Assembly: GCA_963667465.2 (NCBI GenBank)
Contig: CAXXDN010000001.1
Location: forward strand, 576,001 to 640,000
Origin: Dehalococcoidia bacterium
GTDB taxonomy: Bacteria; Chloroflexota; Dehalococcoidia; UBA2979
Direction: 5' to 3'
DNA length: 64,000 nt
In this document: positions 48,476 through 58,413 of the stretch, one piece after another
How the letters are laid out: the number at the start of each line of letters is the position of its first letter
Position numbering within the stretch: position 1 is the stretch's first letter
The notes under the pieces: model-generated
Seen by the model: the letters and a program-made list of their open reading frames with translations, nothing else
Database searches by the model: none
Told to the model about the DNA's origin: nothing
Translations under genes and position numbers: made by a program

Positions 48476-50242
48476 ATGACCAAGCCACAGCGATCTTCTC
48501 CCCCCTCGTACAGCCGCCGCGCTGCCCTGCGCTCCGGCGCCTGGGCCGCGGGCGGCCTGCTGCTCGCCGCCTGCGTCCTCGATGGTGACGAGAGCGGGGA
48601 CGACGCCGCAATCGAGGGCGGCGCTGTTGACGCGGAGCGCGGCGGCGGCGGCGGCGCGCCTGCACCGTCGCAGGTGGCGCCCCGGTCGACCGCTACTGCG
48701 ACTCCGACGCCCTCGCTGCTTGCGCCGGAGTCGCCCGCGCCGGACGGCGATCGCGGGACCATGCGGCGGGGCGTCGTCGGTGAGGCCGTACCGCCTCTGG
48801 CGTTGACCCAGGCGCGCCTGGTCGCCGTCGATCCGCGCAACGGCGAGGTCTACGGCGATCTCGCGCTGCACATCGAGCAGGCGGGACCGCTCGAGCTGGT
48901 CGTCCGGCTGCGCCCCGGCGCTTCGTTCCACCCCGCGCCCGGGGAGCGGGATGGCGGACCCCTCGACGCCGCTGCGGTGGCGGTCGACTTCGCCCGCCGC
49001 GCGGACGCGCGGGAGTTCCTCTTCGCAGCGGCGATCGGCACGGTCGAGACGCCGGACATGGACACGCTGCGGCTCAGTCTGAACGCTCCCTTCGCGCTGC
49101 TCTTCGAGCTGCTCGGCGACACCGCGAGCGCCGCCGTACGAGCGGAGGGTCGCTCCGACTTCGGGCAGCCGATCGGGGCCGGGCCATTCATCGCCGAGCG
49201 GCGCGCGGACGGCGGCGTCTCGCTGCGGCCGCACGCGCGTTACCACCAGCGAGGGTTGCCGCTGCTCGACGAGGTGCGGATGGTCTCCGCCGAGCGAGCG
49301 GAGTCCCTCGACGCCGCCTTCGAGGGCGGCGCGCTCGACATCCATCTGCTCGATCAGCCGGACAGCGTGGCCCGCGCCGAGCAGCGCGCGGGTGCACGCA
49401 CGCTGACGCGCTCCACCCGGCGGATGCGCGGCCTCGGCCTTTCGCTGGTCGGCGCGAAGGCGGGGAAGCGCGTGCGCTTCCACCCGGCGTTCCAGGACGA
49501 GCGCGTCCGTCGCGCGCTCTTCCTGGCTCTCGACCAGCGGCGGATCGCGCTGCGGGAGGGCGCCGGGGCTGAGTATCCGACGGGTCCGGTCGGCCCGGCG
49601 TTCGCCGCCGACGCCCTCCCCCGCTTCGAGCTCGCCGCGCATCCGCTGTTCGCCCACGACCCCGCCGAGGCACGGAAACTGCTCGCCGCGGCGGGCGCCC
49701 CCAACCTCGCGTTCTCGCTCGAGGCGCCGGACCGGGCGCCGTTCACCATCCTGGTCCGCGCGCTGGTCCAGCAGCTGCAGGAAGGCGGCTTCAGCCCAAG
49801 GTTGAACACCGTGAGCGACGGCCAGTGGCGGCGGAACCTGACCGGCGGCGACTTCGAGGCGATCCTGTTCGAACTGGAGGAGGTGCGCACGCCGGATGTC
49901 GGACTGCGGCTGCACACCTCCGCGGGCCTCAGCGGCTTCTCGCCCTGGGGCTACTCAAACCCGCTCTACGACCTCGCGGTCGAGGAGGCGATGACGGCTC
50001 TCGATCCCGCCGCTCGCGGCCGCCTCGCCCGCGACGCGCAACGCCTGCTGCTCGACGACGTGCCGGCGCTGATTCCGCTCACCGAGCCGATCGAGCGGGT
50101 AGCCGTCTCGGCGCGCGTCTCCGGCTACTCGTGGGACGCGCACGAGTTCAACGAGACCTGGCAGGCCGCCCGCTGGCGCATTCGCGACGCTGCGGCGCGC
50201 CGCGCGCCGGATGGGGACGCCGCCACGGTGACCGCGCTGTGA
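48476..50242 (+). CDS. Family 5 ABC substrate-binding protein with Tat-lipoprotein signal
   Basis: SRRAALR, LLAAC, IGAGPF, FQDERVRRAL, DPAEARKLL. Confidence 0.82.
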   Translation: MTKPQRSSPPSYSRRAALRSGAWAAGGLLLAACVLDGDESGDDAAIEGGAVDAERGGGGGAPAPSQVAPRSTATATPTPSLLAPESPAPDGDRGTMRRGVVGEAVPPLALTQARLVAVDPRNGEVYGDLALHIEQAGPLELVVRLRPGASFHPAPGERDGGPLDAAAVAVDFARRADAREFLFAAAIGTVETPDMDTLRLSLNAPFALLFELLGDTASAAVRAEGRSDFGQPIGAGPFIAERRADGGVSLRPHARYHQRGLPLLDEVRMVSAERAESLDAAFEGGALDIHLLDQPDSVARAEQRAGARTLTRSTRRMRGLGLSLVGAKAGKRVRFHPAFQDERVRRALFLALDQRRIALREGAGAEYPTGPVGPAFAADALPRFELAAHPLFAHDPAEARKLLAAAGAPNLAFSLEAPDRAPFTILVRALVQQLQEGGFSPRLNTVSDGQWRRNLTGGDFEAILFELEEVRTPDVGLRLHTSAGLSGFSPWGYSNPLYDLAVEEAMTALDPAARGRLARDAQRLLLDDVPALIPLTEPIERVAVSARVSGYSWDAHEFNETWQAARWRIRDAAARRAPDGDAATVTAL

Positions 50243-50247
50243 GCGGC

Positions 50248-51054
50248 ATGTCAGCTGCGGAGCTGCGCGACGCCCTCGAGGACGCGGTGCGCGCCGCGGG
50301 CGAGGCGATCAGCGCGATCGTCGCCGGCGGCAGCGTGCGCGTGGGAATGAAGTGGGGCGAGGGCCCCGTCACCGAGGCCGACCACGCCGCCGACGAGGTG
50401 CTGCACGAGCGCCTGATGCCGCTGATCGAGGGCGCGCACTGGCTCTCCGAGGAGTCCGAGCAGTCCGAACCCATCGTTCCCGGCGAACCGACCTGGGTGG
50501 TCGATCCGCTGGACGGCACGCGCGAGTTCCTGCTGGGGCTGCCCGAGTTCGGAGTCTCCGTCGGGCTGTTCCGGGGCGGCGGGCTTGCGCTCGGCGCCGT
50601 CGCGCTGCCGCCGCCGCCTGGCGGCGGCGAGTGGGTGGTGCTCTCGGGTCTCCTCGATGGCGACAACGCCGGCGCCCGCCGCGACGGCGAAGCGCTGCCG
50701 CCGATCGAGGACGGCCCGGAGGTCGGGCGCGTCGTGGTCTCGCGGCACGACTACGAGCGGCGGCGCCTGCAGTACCACATCCCGTTCGACGTCTATCCGG
50801 CGGGGTCCTCGGTGCTGAAGCTGGCGCAGGTCGCCCTCGGCGGGGCGGGCGTCTACCTCTCGACGCGCCCGCGCTCGGTGTGGGACGTGGCGGGCGGCAC
50901 GGCCGTAGTCGAGGCCGCCGGAGGCGCGTTGCTCAACGCGCGAGGCGAGCCACTGCAACTCTCGCCGCAGCAGATCCAGATCCCGCCCTTCGTCGCCGGT
51001 ACCCCGGAACGAGGGCGCGCGCTGCTGCTGGCGATCGGCGCGGGTCCGCAGTAG
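50248..51054 (+). CDS. Inositol monophosphatase/CysQ family protein
   Basis: PVTEAD, LSEE, WVVDPLDGTREF, WDVAGG. Confidence 0.9.
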   Translation: MSAAELRDALEDAVRAAGEAISAIVAGGSVRVGMKWGEGPVTEADHAADEVLHERLMPLIEGAHWLSEESEQSEPIVPGEPTWVVDPLDGTREFLLGLPEFGVSVGLFRGGGLALGAVALPPPPGGGEWVVLSGLLDGDNAGARRDGEALPPIEDGPEVGRVVVSRHDYERRRLQYHIPFDVYPAGSSVLKLAQVALGGAGVYLSTRPRSVWDVAGGTAVVEAAGGALLNARGEPLQLSPQQIQIPPFVAGTPERGRALLLAIGAGPQ

Positions 51055-51067
51055 GCGACGGGCCGGA

Positions 51068-52456
51068 CTACGGCGCGGCTCTTCGCCTCGTGGCCGCGCT
51101 GCGCACGCCGGCCGCCGTGTGGCGGCGGCTGCCTGGCTCGGCGGTCGGCACGCTGGCGCCGATCACGGTGCGGCGGAAGCGGCGGGCGAAGATCAGGATC
51201 GCGAGCGCGCCGATGATCACGAGCGTCGCGTAGACGATTTGCGCGCGCTGCACCCCGATCGCCTCGGCGATCGCGCCGCCCGCCGCCGCGCCCATCAGCA
51301 TCGTGGCGCGGTCGAAGGCGAGCAGGCCCATCAGGCGGCCTCGCATCTGGTCCGGCGCGGCGTCCAGCACCACCACCTGCACGAGCGCGAAGATGCCCGA
51401 CTGGAACAAACCAACGCCGAACACCAGCACCAGGGGCAGCACCAGCCAGGGACGTCCGAGGGCGCCCGGCACGTAGCTGCTGAGCGAGAAGGCGATCAGC
51501 AGCGCGCCCATCGCGGCCATCATCAGCGGCAGCAGCTGCCCGAGGTTGCGTGGCGAGCGCGAGGCGATGATCAGCGCCCCGGTCAGCGACCCGAGCCCCG
51601 TGATCGACATCATGATCCCGAACCCGAAGGGGCCGATGTCCAGCACCTCGAGGGCGAACAGCGCGGCGAAAAGGTGCAGGAAGGAGAGCCCGAATGCGAA
51701 GTGGATGAGCGCGAGCGAGATCGCCCCGCGGATCGCGGGTGTGCCGATCGCGTAGCGCATCGCGTCGCCGAGGCCGGCGAGCATCGCGCCCGCGCCGCTC
51801 TCCTCGGGACGGGTGTGCGTCGCCACGCGCAGCAGCGCGGTGGAGACCACCGCGCCGACGTAGATCAGGGCGATCGCGACGAACGCCCCGGTCACGCCGA
51901 TGGCAAAGATCGTGAAGCCGGCGACCGCGGTACCGAAGATGCGCATCGAGTTCTGCGTAGCGCTCAGCAACGCGATCGCGTTGGTGACGCGGTCCGCGGG
52001 CACGACGGTCGGCACCAGTGCCTGGCGTGCCGGCTGATCGAACGCCATCGTCGTTCCGCGCACCGCGGCGGCCGCGTAGATGTGCCACAACTCGAGCAGG
52101 TCGAAGATCAGCAGCGCCGCGAACACCACATTGAGCAGCAACGCCCCGTACTGCGAGAGTTGCAGTACCAGCTTGCGGTCGTACCAGTCGATCATCACCC
52201 CGGCGAGGACGCCGAAGCCGAACTGGGGCAGCGTCCGCGCCACGATCACGCCGCCGAGCTGGAGCGGCGATTCGGTCAGCTCGTAGATCAGGTAGGGGCG
52301 GGCGATCTGCTCCATCCAGAGCGCCAGCGCGTGACTGACGATCCCGAACCAGAGCAGGCGGAAGTTGCGGATCCGCAGCGAGGAGAAGACGCCCTCGCCG
52401 GAGCCGGGCGCGTCCGGGCCGGGCGCCTCCCCGTCCTCCTCGCGCACGCCAGCCAT
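51068..52456 (-). CDS. MFS transporter
   Basis: RNFRLLW, FDQPARQALVP, 12-TM pattern. Confidence 0.92.
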   Translation of the reverse strand: MAGVREEDGEAPGPDAPGSGEGVFSSLRIRNFRLLWFGIVSHALALWMEQIARPYLIYELTESPLQLGGVIVARTLPQFGFGVLAGVMIDWYDRKLVLQLSQYGALLLNVVFAALLIFDLLELWHIYAAAAVRGTTMAFDQPARQALVPTVVPADRVTNAIALLSATQNSMRIFGTAVAGFTIFAIGVTGAFVAIALIYVGAVVSTALLRVATHTRPEESGAGAMLAGLGDAMRYAIGTPAIRGAISLALIHFAFGLSFLHLFAALFALEVLDIGPFGFGIMMSITGLGSLTGALIIASRSPRNLGQLLPLMMAAMGALLIAFSLSSYVPGALGRPWLVLPLVLVFGVGLFQSGIFALVQVVVLDAAPDQMRGRLMGLLAFDRATMLMGAAAGGAIAEAIGVQRAQIVYATLVIIGALAILIFARRFRRTVIGASVPTAEPGSRRHTAAGVRSAATRRRAAP

Positions 52457-52638
52457 GCCCCGACGCTACCCCGGCCCGGCGGGCGAGTCTAGCGAGCGTT
52501 CGGTGTCAGAACATGTGACGCTCAGCCATGGGTCCCCGAGTCGAAGACCGTGCCACAGCGAGGCGGGAGGCGCTGGCGCTCGCACGGACTTGCATTAGCC
52601 CGCATGTTAGCTAGACTGCAAAAAGTCGGGGGATGCGA

Positions 52639-52872
52639 ATGACGACAGTCAACGTTCACGAGGCGAAGAGCAATCTGTCGCGCCTCCTTGCGCAAGTCGA
52701 GGCGGGCGAGGACGTCGTAATCGCGCGGAACGGCAAGCCGGTGGCGCGCCTGGTGGCCTGCGAGCCACCGGGCAAGCGCCAATTCGGCGCACTCCGGGGG
52801 CGAATCAAGCTCGACGATAGCTTCTTCGATCCTCTTCCCGAGGCGGAGCTCGCTGCCTGGGAGGGCACCTAG
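52639..52872 (+). CDS. Phd/YefM-family antitoxin
   Basis: VNVHEAKSNLSRLL..VEAGE.VVIARNGKPVARL. Confidence 0.92.
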   Translation: MTTVNVHEAKSNLSRLLAQVEAGEDVVIARNGKPVARLVACEPPGKRQFGALRGRIKLDDSFFDPLPEAELAAWEGT

Positions 52873-52875
52873 GCC

Positions 52876-53262
52876 TTGCGCCTCCTCCTCGACACCCACG
52901 CATTCATTTGGTGGTTCGAGGGCAGCGGTCGTTTGCCGCCGCCGGCTCGGGCGGCGATCTCGGACGAGTCGAACGACGTACTGGTCAGCGCTGCATCTGC
53001 TTGGGAGATCGCCACCAAGCACCGGCTCGGGCGGCTGATCGGCGTGGATACATTGGCTCTCAACATTCCCGAGTACATCGCCAGTCAGCGCTTCGAGCGG
53101 CTGTCTGTCACCGTCGAGGACGGTGTGCGCGCCGGGGCCCTCCCGGGTCCAATCCGCGACCCATTCGACCGAATGCTCATCGCACAGGCGATCAGTCGCG
53201 AGCTTGTAGTTGTCTCCAACGAGGCCTTCTTCGATAGCTACGGTGTGATGCGTCTCTGGTGA
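52876..53262 (+). CDS. vapC: PIN-domain toxin
   Basis: LLLDTH, SAASAWEI, DPFDRMLIAQA. Confidence 0.92.
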   Translation: MRLLLDTHAFIWWFEGSGRLPPPARAAISDESNDVLVSAASAWEIATKHRLGRLIGVDTLALNIPEYIASQRFERLSVTVEDGVRAGALPGPIRDPFDRMLIAQAISRELVVVSNEAFFDSYGVMRLW

Positions 53263-53287
53263 GGTCGCAACTTGAGGTGGGTGAGTC

Positions 53288-53851
53288 TCAGCCCTCGTCG
53301 CGGAGCAGCGCCGCCAGCGCCCCGAGGTCCCCGATGCGCCGCACGCGCTCGTCGTAGGGCAGCGCGCGGTTGCGGGGCCAGTCGCGCAGGTAGGGCTGCG
53401 CCTGCGAGCGCTGCGCGAGCAGCTGGATCGTCCGCCCGTCGTCGTCGATGTGCTCGGCGGCGCCGAGCTCGGCGATCGCCTCGAGCTTGAAGTGCGGGCT
53501 GCGCAGCGGCGTCTCGTTGATCACGACGCCGTCGAGCAGCGGGGCGAAGCCGTGCCGCCGCAGCCAGCGGTCGGGAGGACTGCGGCGCCCCGTGAGCAGC
53601 AGCAGCGTGCGCAGCGCGCGCAGCTCCGCCAGCGCCTCGCGCGCGCCGGGCAGCGGCCTGCGCAGCTCGAAGCGCACGGGGTCGGCGATGCGCGAGAACC
53701 AGCGGCGCGGCACGCGCGCGACGGGCGGTGGCGCGTCGGGATCGAGGAAGGCGCGGTGGATGCCGAGGTTACGGCCGAACGGCGGCTCGCAGATCACGCC
53801 GTCCATGTCGATGGTCAGCAGCGGCAGCCCGTCGCGCAGTGTCGCCGCCAT
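53288..53851 (-). CDS. HAD-superfamily protein
   Basis: IDMDGVI, LTGR, K, IDD motifs. Confidence 0.78.
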   Translation of the reverse strand: MAATLRDGLPLLTIDMDGVICEPPFGRNLGIHRAFLDPDAPPPVARVPRRWFSRIADPVRFELRRPLPGAREALAELRALRTLLLLTGRRSPPDRWLRRHGFAPLLDGVVINETPLRSPHFKLEAIAELGAAEHIDDDGRTIQLLAQRSQAQPYLRDWPRNRALPYDERVRRIGDLGALAALLRDEG

Positions 53852-53862
53852 CGCGCTGCCGG

Positions 53863-56379
53863 TCAGACCTCGATCGGTGGTTCGGGCGGCGCCGGCGGGA
53901 TGCCCGGCGGCGGGATCTGCGCCGCACGCTCGACCGGGATCACGGCGGGTTCGCCCCCGCCGGCCGCGCCGCCGGGGAGCGCGCGCGCGTGGCGCTCGAG
54001 GGTGGCCTGCACCTTCCCGAAGACCGTATCTGGCGGGTAGCTCCCGTCCCCGCCCGGCTCGCCGGCGGGCTCGCCGGTCAGCACCTCGATGCCTTCCTCG
54101 ATTGTCTCGACGGCCCAGACGTGGAACTCGCCCCGCTCGATCGCGTCCGCCACGTCCGGGCGCAGCACCACGTTGTGGACGTTGGCCCGGGGGATCATCA
54201 CGCCCTGCGTGCCGTCCAACCCGCGCGAGCGACAGACCTCGTAGAAGCCCTCGATCTTCGCCGTCGCCCCGCCGATCGGCTGCACTTCGCCGCGCTGGTT
54301 GAGCGAGCCGGTGACGGCGATCGATTGGTCGATCGGCGCGCCGGAGAGCGAGGAGAGCAGCGCGTACAGCTCCGTCGAGGAGGCCGAGTCGCCGTCGATG
54401 TCGCCGTAGAGCTGCTCGAAGGTGAGGCTGGCGTGCAGCGCCAGCGCCTTGTCCTGCCCGAAGCGGTCCGCGAGGAAGCCGCGCAGGATCAGGAACCCCT
54501 TGTTGTGTGTGCGCCCCGCCATGTCCGTCTCGCGCTCGATGTTGACGATCGAGCCCCGCCCCGCCGAGGTGATGCAGGTGATGCGCGAGGGCCGCCCGAA
54601 GGTGATGTCGCCCAGGTTGTAGACGGAGAGGGCGTTAATCTGTCCGACCTTGTAGCCCTCCGTGTCGATGTAGATCGCGCCGTCGTCGATCAGCTGCTGC
54701 ATGCGGTCGCGGACCAGCGACGAGCGGTACTCGCGCTCCTCGAGGGCGCGGTCGACGTGCTCGTGCCACACCTCCTCCGCGCCGTCCTGCCCGGCCCAGA
54801 AGTCCGCCTGGCGGGCGATGTCGAGCAGCTCGCCCATGTTGCCGGAGAGCCGCCGCTGGTCCTCGACGCGGCGCGAGGCGTGCTCGATGACTCGCGCCGC
54901 CGCCTCGTCGCGGAAGCGGCGCATCCCGGCCAGGTGGCATTGGCGGCGGATGACCGAGGCGATCCCCAGCATGGTGTGCGTGTTGCGCTCGACGTCCACC
55001 TCGAAATCCGCCTTCACGCGGAACAGCTCGCGGAAGTCCGGGTCCAGCCGGAACAGGTAGGCGTAGGGCCCGGGGTCGCCGACGATCACGACCTTCGTCT
55101 CGATCGGGGAGGGCGCCGGGCGCAGGCCGGCGGGCGGCACGACGCCGAGCGCCTGTGCGCGTGATTCCGGCATCAGTTCGCCTGAAGAGAGCGCGCGCTT
55201 GAGGCCCTCGTAGGCCGCGGGATCCTGCAGCAGGTCGCGCATTCGCAGCATCAGGTAGCCGCCGCTCGCGCGGGCGAGCGAGCCGGGGCGGATCAGCGTG
55301 TGATCCGTGACCACCGTGCCGAACTGGCCGGCGTACTCGATGCGGCCCAGCAGGTTCGCGTAGTTGGGGTTGGGCTCGCTGATCACCGGCGCGCCGCTGC
55401 CCGGGTCGTTGCTGATGAAGACGTTGACCTCGTAGCGGCGGATCAGCGCCTCGCGCTGTTGTACCGGCCCCGGCAGGCCCGGCGGCTGCGAGGCGACCGG
55501 CTGCGCCGCGCCCTGCTGCTCGCGGAAGCGGTCGCGCTCGCTCTGCATGTCGGCGCAGACCGCCTCGATGAAACGCAGTGGCTCGGGCGCATCCTGCCAG
55601 CGCTCGCGCAGCGGCTCGAAGAGGTGTTCGATCGCGAAGCGCGCCACCTGCTCGTCAACCGCCCCGAGGCGTTCCTGCGTCTCCCGCTGCACCCCGCGCA
55701 TCGTGAGCAGCGAGTCCTGGACCAGCGGTTCCAGCTGCACGCGCGCGCGCTCCAGGATCTGCTCGCGTTGCTCCGCCGGCAGCGCAGCCAGCACCTCGTC
55801 GTTCGCCGGCTGGCCCTCGATGATCGGCGCGGAGACGACGCCGCCCGGCGTCAGCTGCAGCGCGAAGCCGAGCTGCCCGGCCTGCTGCTGCAACTCCTCG
55901 AGCATCGAGGCGCGGCGTTGCTCCTGTTCCTGCAGCACGGCGGAGCGCTGGCGGATGTAGGAATCGGCATCGAAGGCCTCGCGCAGCTCGGCGCTCGCGT
56001 GCTCCACGGCGCCGCGCATCGCCTCGGCGAAGGCGCGGCCTTCGCCGGCTGCGAGGGCGAGGCCGTCGGGGCGGTCGGGATCCTCGAAGTTGTGGACGTA
56101 GACCCAGTCCGGCGGCGCCGGGCACGTCTCCGCGTAGCGCCGCAGGTAGGACTCGACGATCGAGGACTTGCCGATGCCGTCGGGCCCGGAGGCGTAGAGG
56201 TTGTAGCCGCGGGCCTCCATACCGAGCGCGAACTCGATCGCGCGGACCGCGCGCTCCTGGCCGAACACGGCGTCCATCGCGTGGAGATCCGCCGTGCTCG
56301 CGAAGGGCAACGAGGCGGGGTCGCAGCGGGCAGTCAGCGCCTCGGCGCTTACCTCGCAGGCGTCTCGCCGCTCGCTCAT
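53863..56379 (-). CDS. Lon-like (S16, LonB/LonC-type AAA) protease
   Basis: GQERA, GPDGIGKS, DWVYVHNF, VGQINAL, catalytic DGDSAS, IGGATAKIEGF. Confidence 0.92.
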   Translation of the reverse strand: MSERRDACEVSAEALTARCDPASLPFASTADLHAMDAVFGQERAVRAIEFALGMEARGYNLYASGPDGIGKSSIVESYLRRYAETCPAPPDWVYVHNFEDPDRPDGLALAAGEGRAFAEAMRGAVEHASAELREAFDADSYIRQRSAVLQEQEQRRASMLEELQQQAGQLGFALQLTPGGVVSAPIIEGQPANDEVLAALPAEQREQILERARVQLEPLVQDSLLTMRGVQRETQERLGAVDEQVARFAIEHLFEPLRERWQDAPEPLRFIEAVCADMQSERDRFREQQGAAQPVASQPPGLPGPVQQREALIRRYEVNVFISNDPGSGAPVISEPNPNYANLLGRIEYAGQFGTVVTDHTLIRPGSLARASGGYLMLRMRDLLQDPAAYEGLKRALSSGELMPESRAQALGVVPPAGLRPAPSPIETKVVIVGDPGPYAYLFRLDPDFRELFRVKADFEVDVERNTHTMLGIASVIRRQCHLAGMRRFRDEAAARVIEHASRRVEDQRRLSGNMGELLDIARQADFWAGQDGAEEVWHEHVDRALEEREYRSSLVRDRMQQLIDDGAIYIDTEGYKVGQINALSVYNLGDITFGRPSRITCITSAGRGSIVNIERETDMAGRTHNKGFLILRGFLADRFGQDKALALHASLTFEQLYGDIDGDSASSTELYALLSSLSGAPIDQSIAVTGSLNQRGEVQPIGGATAKIEGFYEVCRSRGLDGTQGVMIPRANVHNVVLRPDVADAIERGEFHVWAVETIEEGIEVLTGEPAGEPGGDGSYPPDTVFGKVQATLERHARALPGGAAGGGEPAVIPVERAAQIPPPGIPPAPPEPPIEV

Positions 56380-56503
56380 CGTCTCGTCCATTCCATGAGC
56401 CCGGCGACGCCGCACGATCGCGGGGGATCGTAGCACGGCGGGAGGCCTGACCCGTGCTAGCCTTCGCGCCAGCGAGAACGACGCGGGTGGAGGGAGCCAG
56501 GCG

Positions 56504-57490
56504 ATGCGCGCTGCCGTCGTGACCGAACCGGGTGGACCGGAAGTGTTGCAGGTCGCCGAGATCGAGGATCCGGTCCCCGGACCCGACGAGGTGCTGGTCG
56601 CGGTCCACGCGAGCGCCCTCAACCGCGCCGACCTGATGCAGCGGCGTGGCGGCTACCCCGCGCCTCCGGGCATCCGCCCGGACGTGCCCGGCCTGGAGAT
56701 GGCCGGCGTCGTCGAGGCGGTGGGCGACCGCGTCCAGGCCTGGAACCCGGGCGATCGCGTGATGGCGCTGATGGGCGGCGGCGGCTACGCCGCGAAGGCG
56801 GTCGCGCACGAACGCCAGCTGATGGCGGTCCCGGAGGGCCTGAGCTTCGAGCAGGCCGCCGCGATCCCGGAGGTCTACCTCACCGCCTTCGACGCGCTGT
56901 TCGGCCACTGCGAGCTGGCGTCCGGCGAGTCCGTGCTGATCCACGCCGCCGGCTCCGGCGTCGGCACCGCCGCGGTGCAACTCGCCGCCCTCGCGGGCTG
57001 TCCCAGCTACGGCACCGCGAGCAGCGACGAGAAGCTCGCGAGCGCCGCCGGGCTCGGCCTCGACGTCGGCATCAACTACCAGCGCGAGGACTTCGCCGAG
57101 GTGATCGCGGAGCGCACGGGCGGGCGCGGCGTGAACGTGATCCTCGACGTCGTCGGGGCGCCCTACTGGGACCGCAACATCGCCTCGCTCGCCGTGCGCG
57201 GGCGCATGGTGCTGGTCGGCACGATGGGCGGCGGCAAGCTGGAGACGAACATCGGCGCGCTGATGCCGAAGCGGCTGCGCGTGCACGGCACGGTGCTGCG
57301 CGCGCGACCCCTCGAGGAGAAGCTGACCCTCAGCCAGCAGTTCGCCGCCCGCTACCTGCACCACTTCGAAACGGGCCGCCTGCGGGCGGTGATCGACCGC
57401 GTCTTCCCCCTCGATGATGCGGCGGGCGCGCACGCCTACATGGAGAGCAACGCCAACTTCGGCAAGATCATCCTCAGCGTCGAGCAGTAG
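56504..57490 (+). CDS. NADPH:quinone oxidoreductase, PIG3 family
   Basis: LNRADLMQR.G.YP, PGLE, HAAGSGVG, NFGKIIL. Confidence 0.93.
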   Translation: MRAAVVTEPGGPEVLQVAEIEDPVPGPDEVLVAVHASALNRADLMQRRGGYPAPPGIRPDVPGLEMAGVVEAVGDRVQAWNPGDRVMALMGGGGYAAKAVAHERQLMAVPEGLSFEQAAAIPEVYLTAFDALFGHCELASGESVLIHAAGSGVGTAAVQLAALAGCPSYGTASSDEKLASAAGLGLDVGINYQREDFAEVIAERTGGRGVNVILDVVGAPYWDRNIASLAVRGRMVLVGTMGGGKLETNIGALMPKRLRVHGTVLRARPLEEKLTLSQQFAARYLHHFETGRLRAVIDRVFPLDDAAGAHAYMESNANFGKIILSVEQ

Positions 57491-57581
57491 CCCTCCCGTC
57501 CCCTCTCCTGGGGGAGCGGGCGAAGGGAGAGGCCCCCGGCCGGACCTTCGAGGGCGCAACGTCGCTCCGCGCGCGATCCGG

Positions 57582-58179
57582 CCCCCTCTCCCGGGGGAGA
57601 GGGTGAGGGTGAGGGGGCGCGCCGGCCTGGCTGCTGCCTCGATGGATTGTTGCGCCGATCCGGTGCCCTCTCCCCGCGGGAGAGGGTGAGGGTGAGGGAG
57701 GAGCCGACGCGAGGCGGCGAGAGGGACCGCGGTGGCAGGCGACAACCGCAGAGACTGGGCTCGCCGGCTACGGCGGGAGACTACAGAGGCCGAGCGACTA
57801 CTCTGGGCCAGACTCCGAAACCGCCGCCTTCGGGGTGCGAAGTTCCGCAGGCAGAAGCCTATGGGTTGTACGTCGTCGACTTCGTGAGCCCGGAGCACAA
57901 CCTGATCGTCGAGCTGGACGGTGGGCAACACAGCGACCAGCAGGGCTACGACGACAGAAGAACGCGGTGGCTGGAGTCCCGAGGATTCACACTTCTGAGG
58001 TTCTGGAATAGCGATGTTCTCGCCAGCCTGGACCTGGTACTCGATGCGATCTGGGTGGAGGTTGAGAAGCGATCCCCGGACGCTCCCTCACCCTAGCCCT
58101 CTCCCGCGGGGAGAGGGCACCGGAAGTAGCCCCGCCGTGCGTACGCCTCCCTCACCCTGGCCCTCTCAGGAGGGCAGAG
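57582..58179. mobile_element. DUF559 nuclease gene bracketed by inverted CCCTCACCC..CCCTCTCC/GGAGAGGG palindromes (REP-associated unit)
   Basis: Palindromes at ~57582 and ~57666 in one orientation, ~58085 and ~58148 in the opposite orientation. Confidence 0.6.
57732..58096 (+). pseudogene. DUF559 (Vsr-like) endonuclease, frameshifted near 57865
   Basis: ARRLRRETTEAERLLWARLRNRRL.GAKFRRQKP in one frame; YVVDF...LIVELDGGQH...D..RT.WL...GF.LLRFWN in another. Confidence 0.8.
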
Positions 58180-58184
58180 CGCCG

Positions 58185-58385
58185 TTAGGCGTACTTGTCC
58201 GGGTCCGCCATGAAGCGCACGCGCGAGTCCAGGCTGGCGAAGTAGTACCACTGGCCGTTGTAGAAGTACTTCGTGCCCTTGTCCGGGTCCGACTGACCGG
58301 CCCCGGAGGCGGTCTCGCTGACCGCGCGGTTTACCTCGTCCGTGTCGACCTCTTCGCCCGAGACCGGATCCAGCACCTTCGCCAT
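58185..58385 (-). CDS. YHS-domain protein
   Basis: DPVSG...YNGQWYYFAS...F.ADPDKY; GGAGGG SD. Confidence 0.82.
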   Translation of the reverse strand: MAKVLDPVSGEEVDTDEVNRAVSETASGAGQSDPDKGTKYFYNGQWYYFASLDSRVRFMADPDKYA

Positions 58386-58413
58386 GGTTCGCCCTCCGCG
58401 TTCGTTCCGGTGA

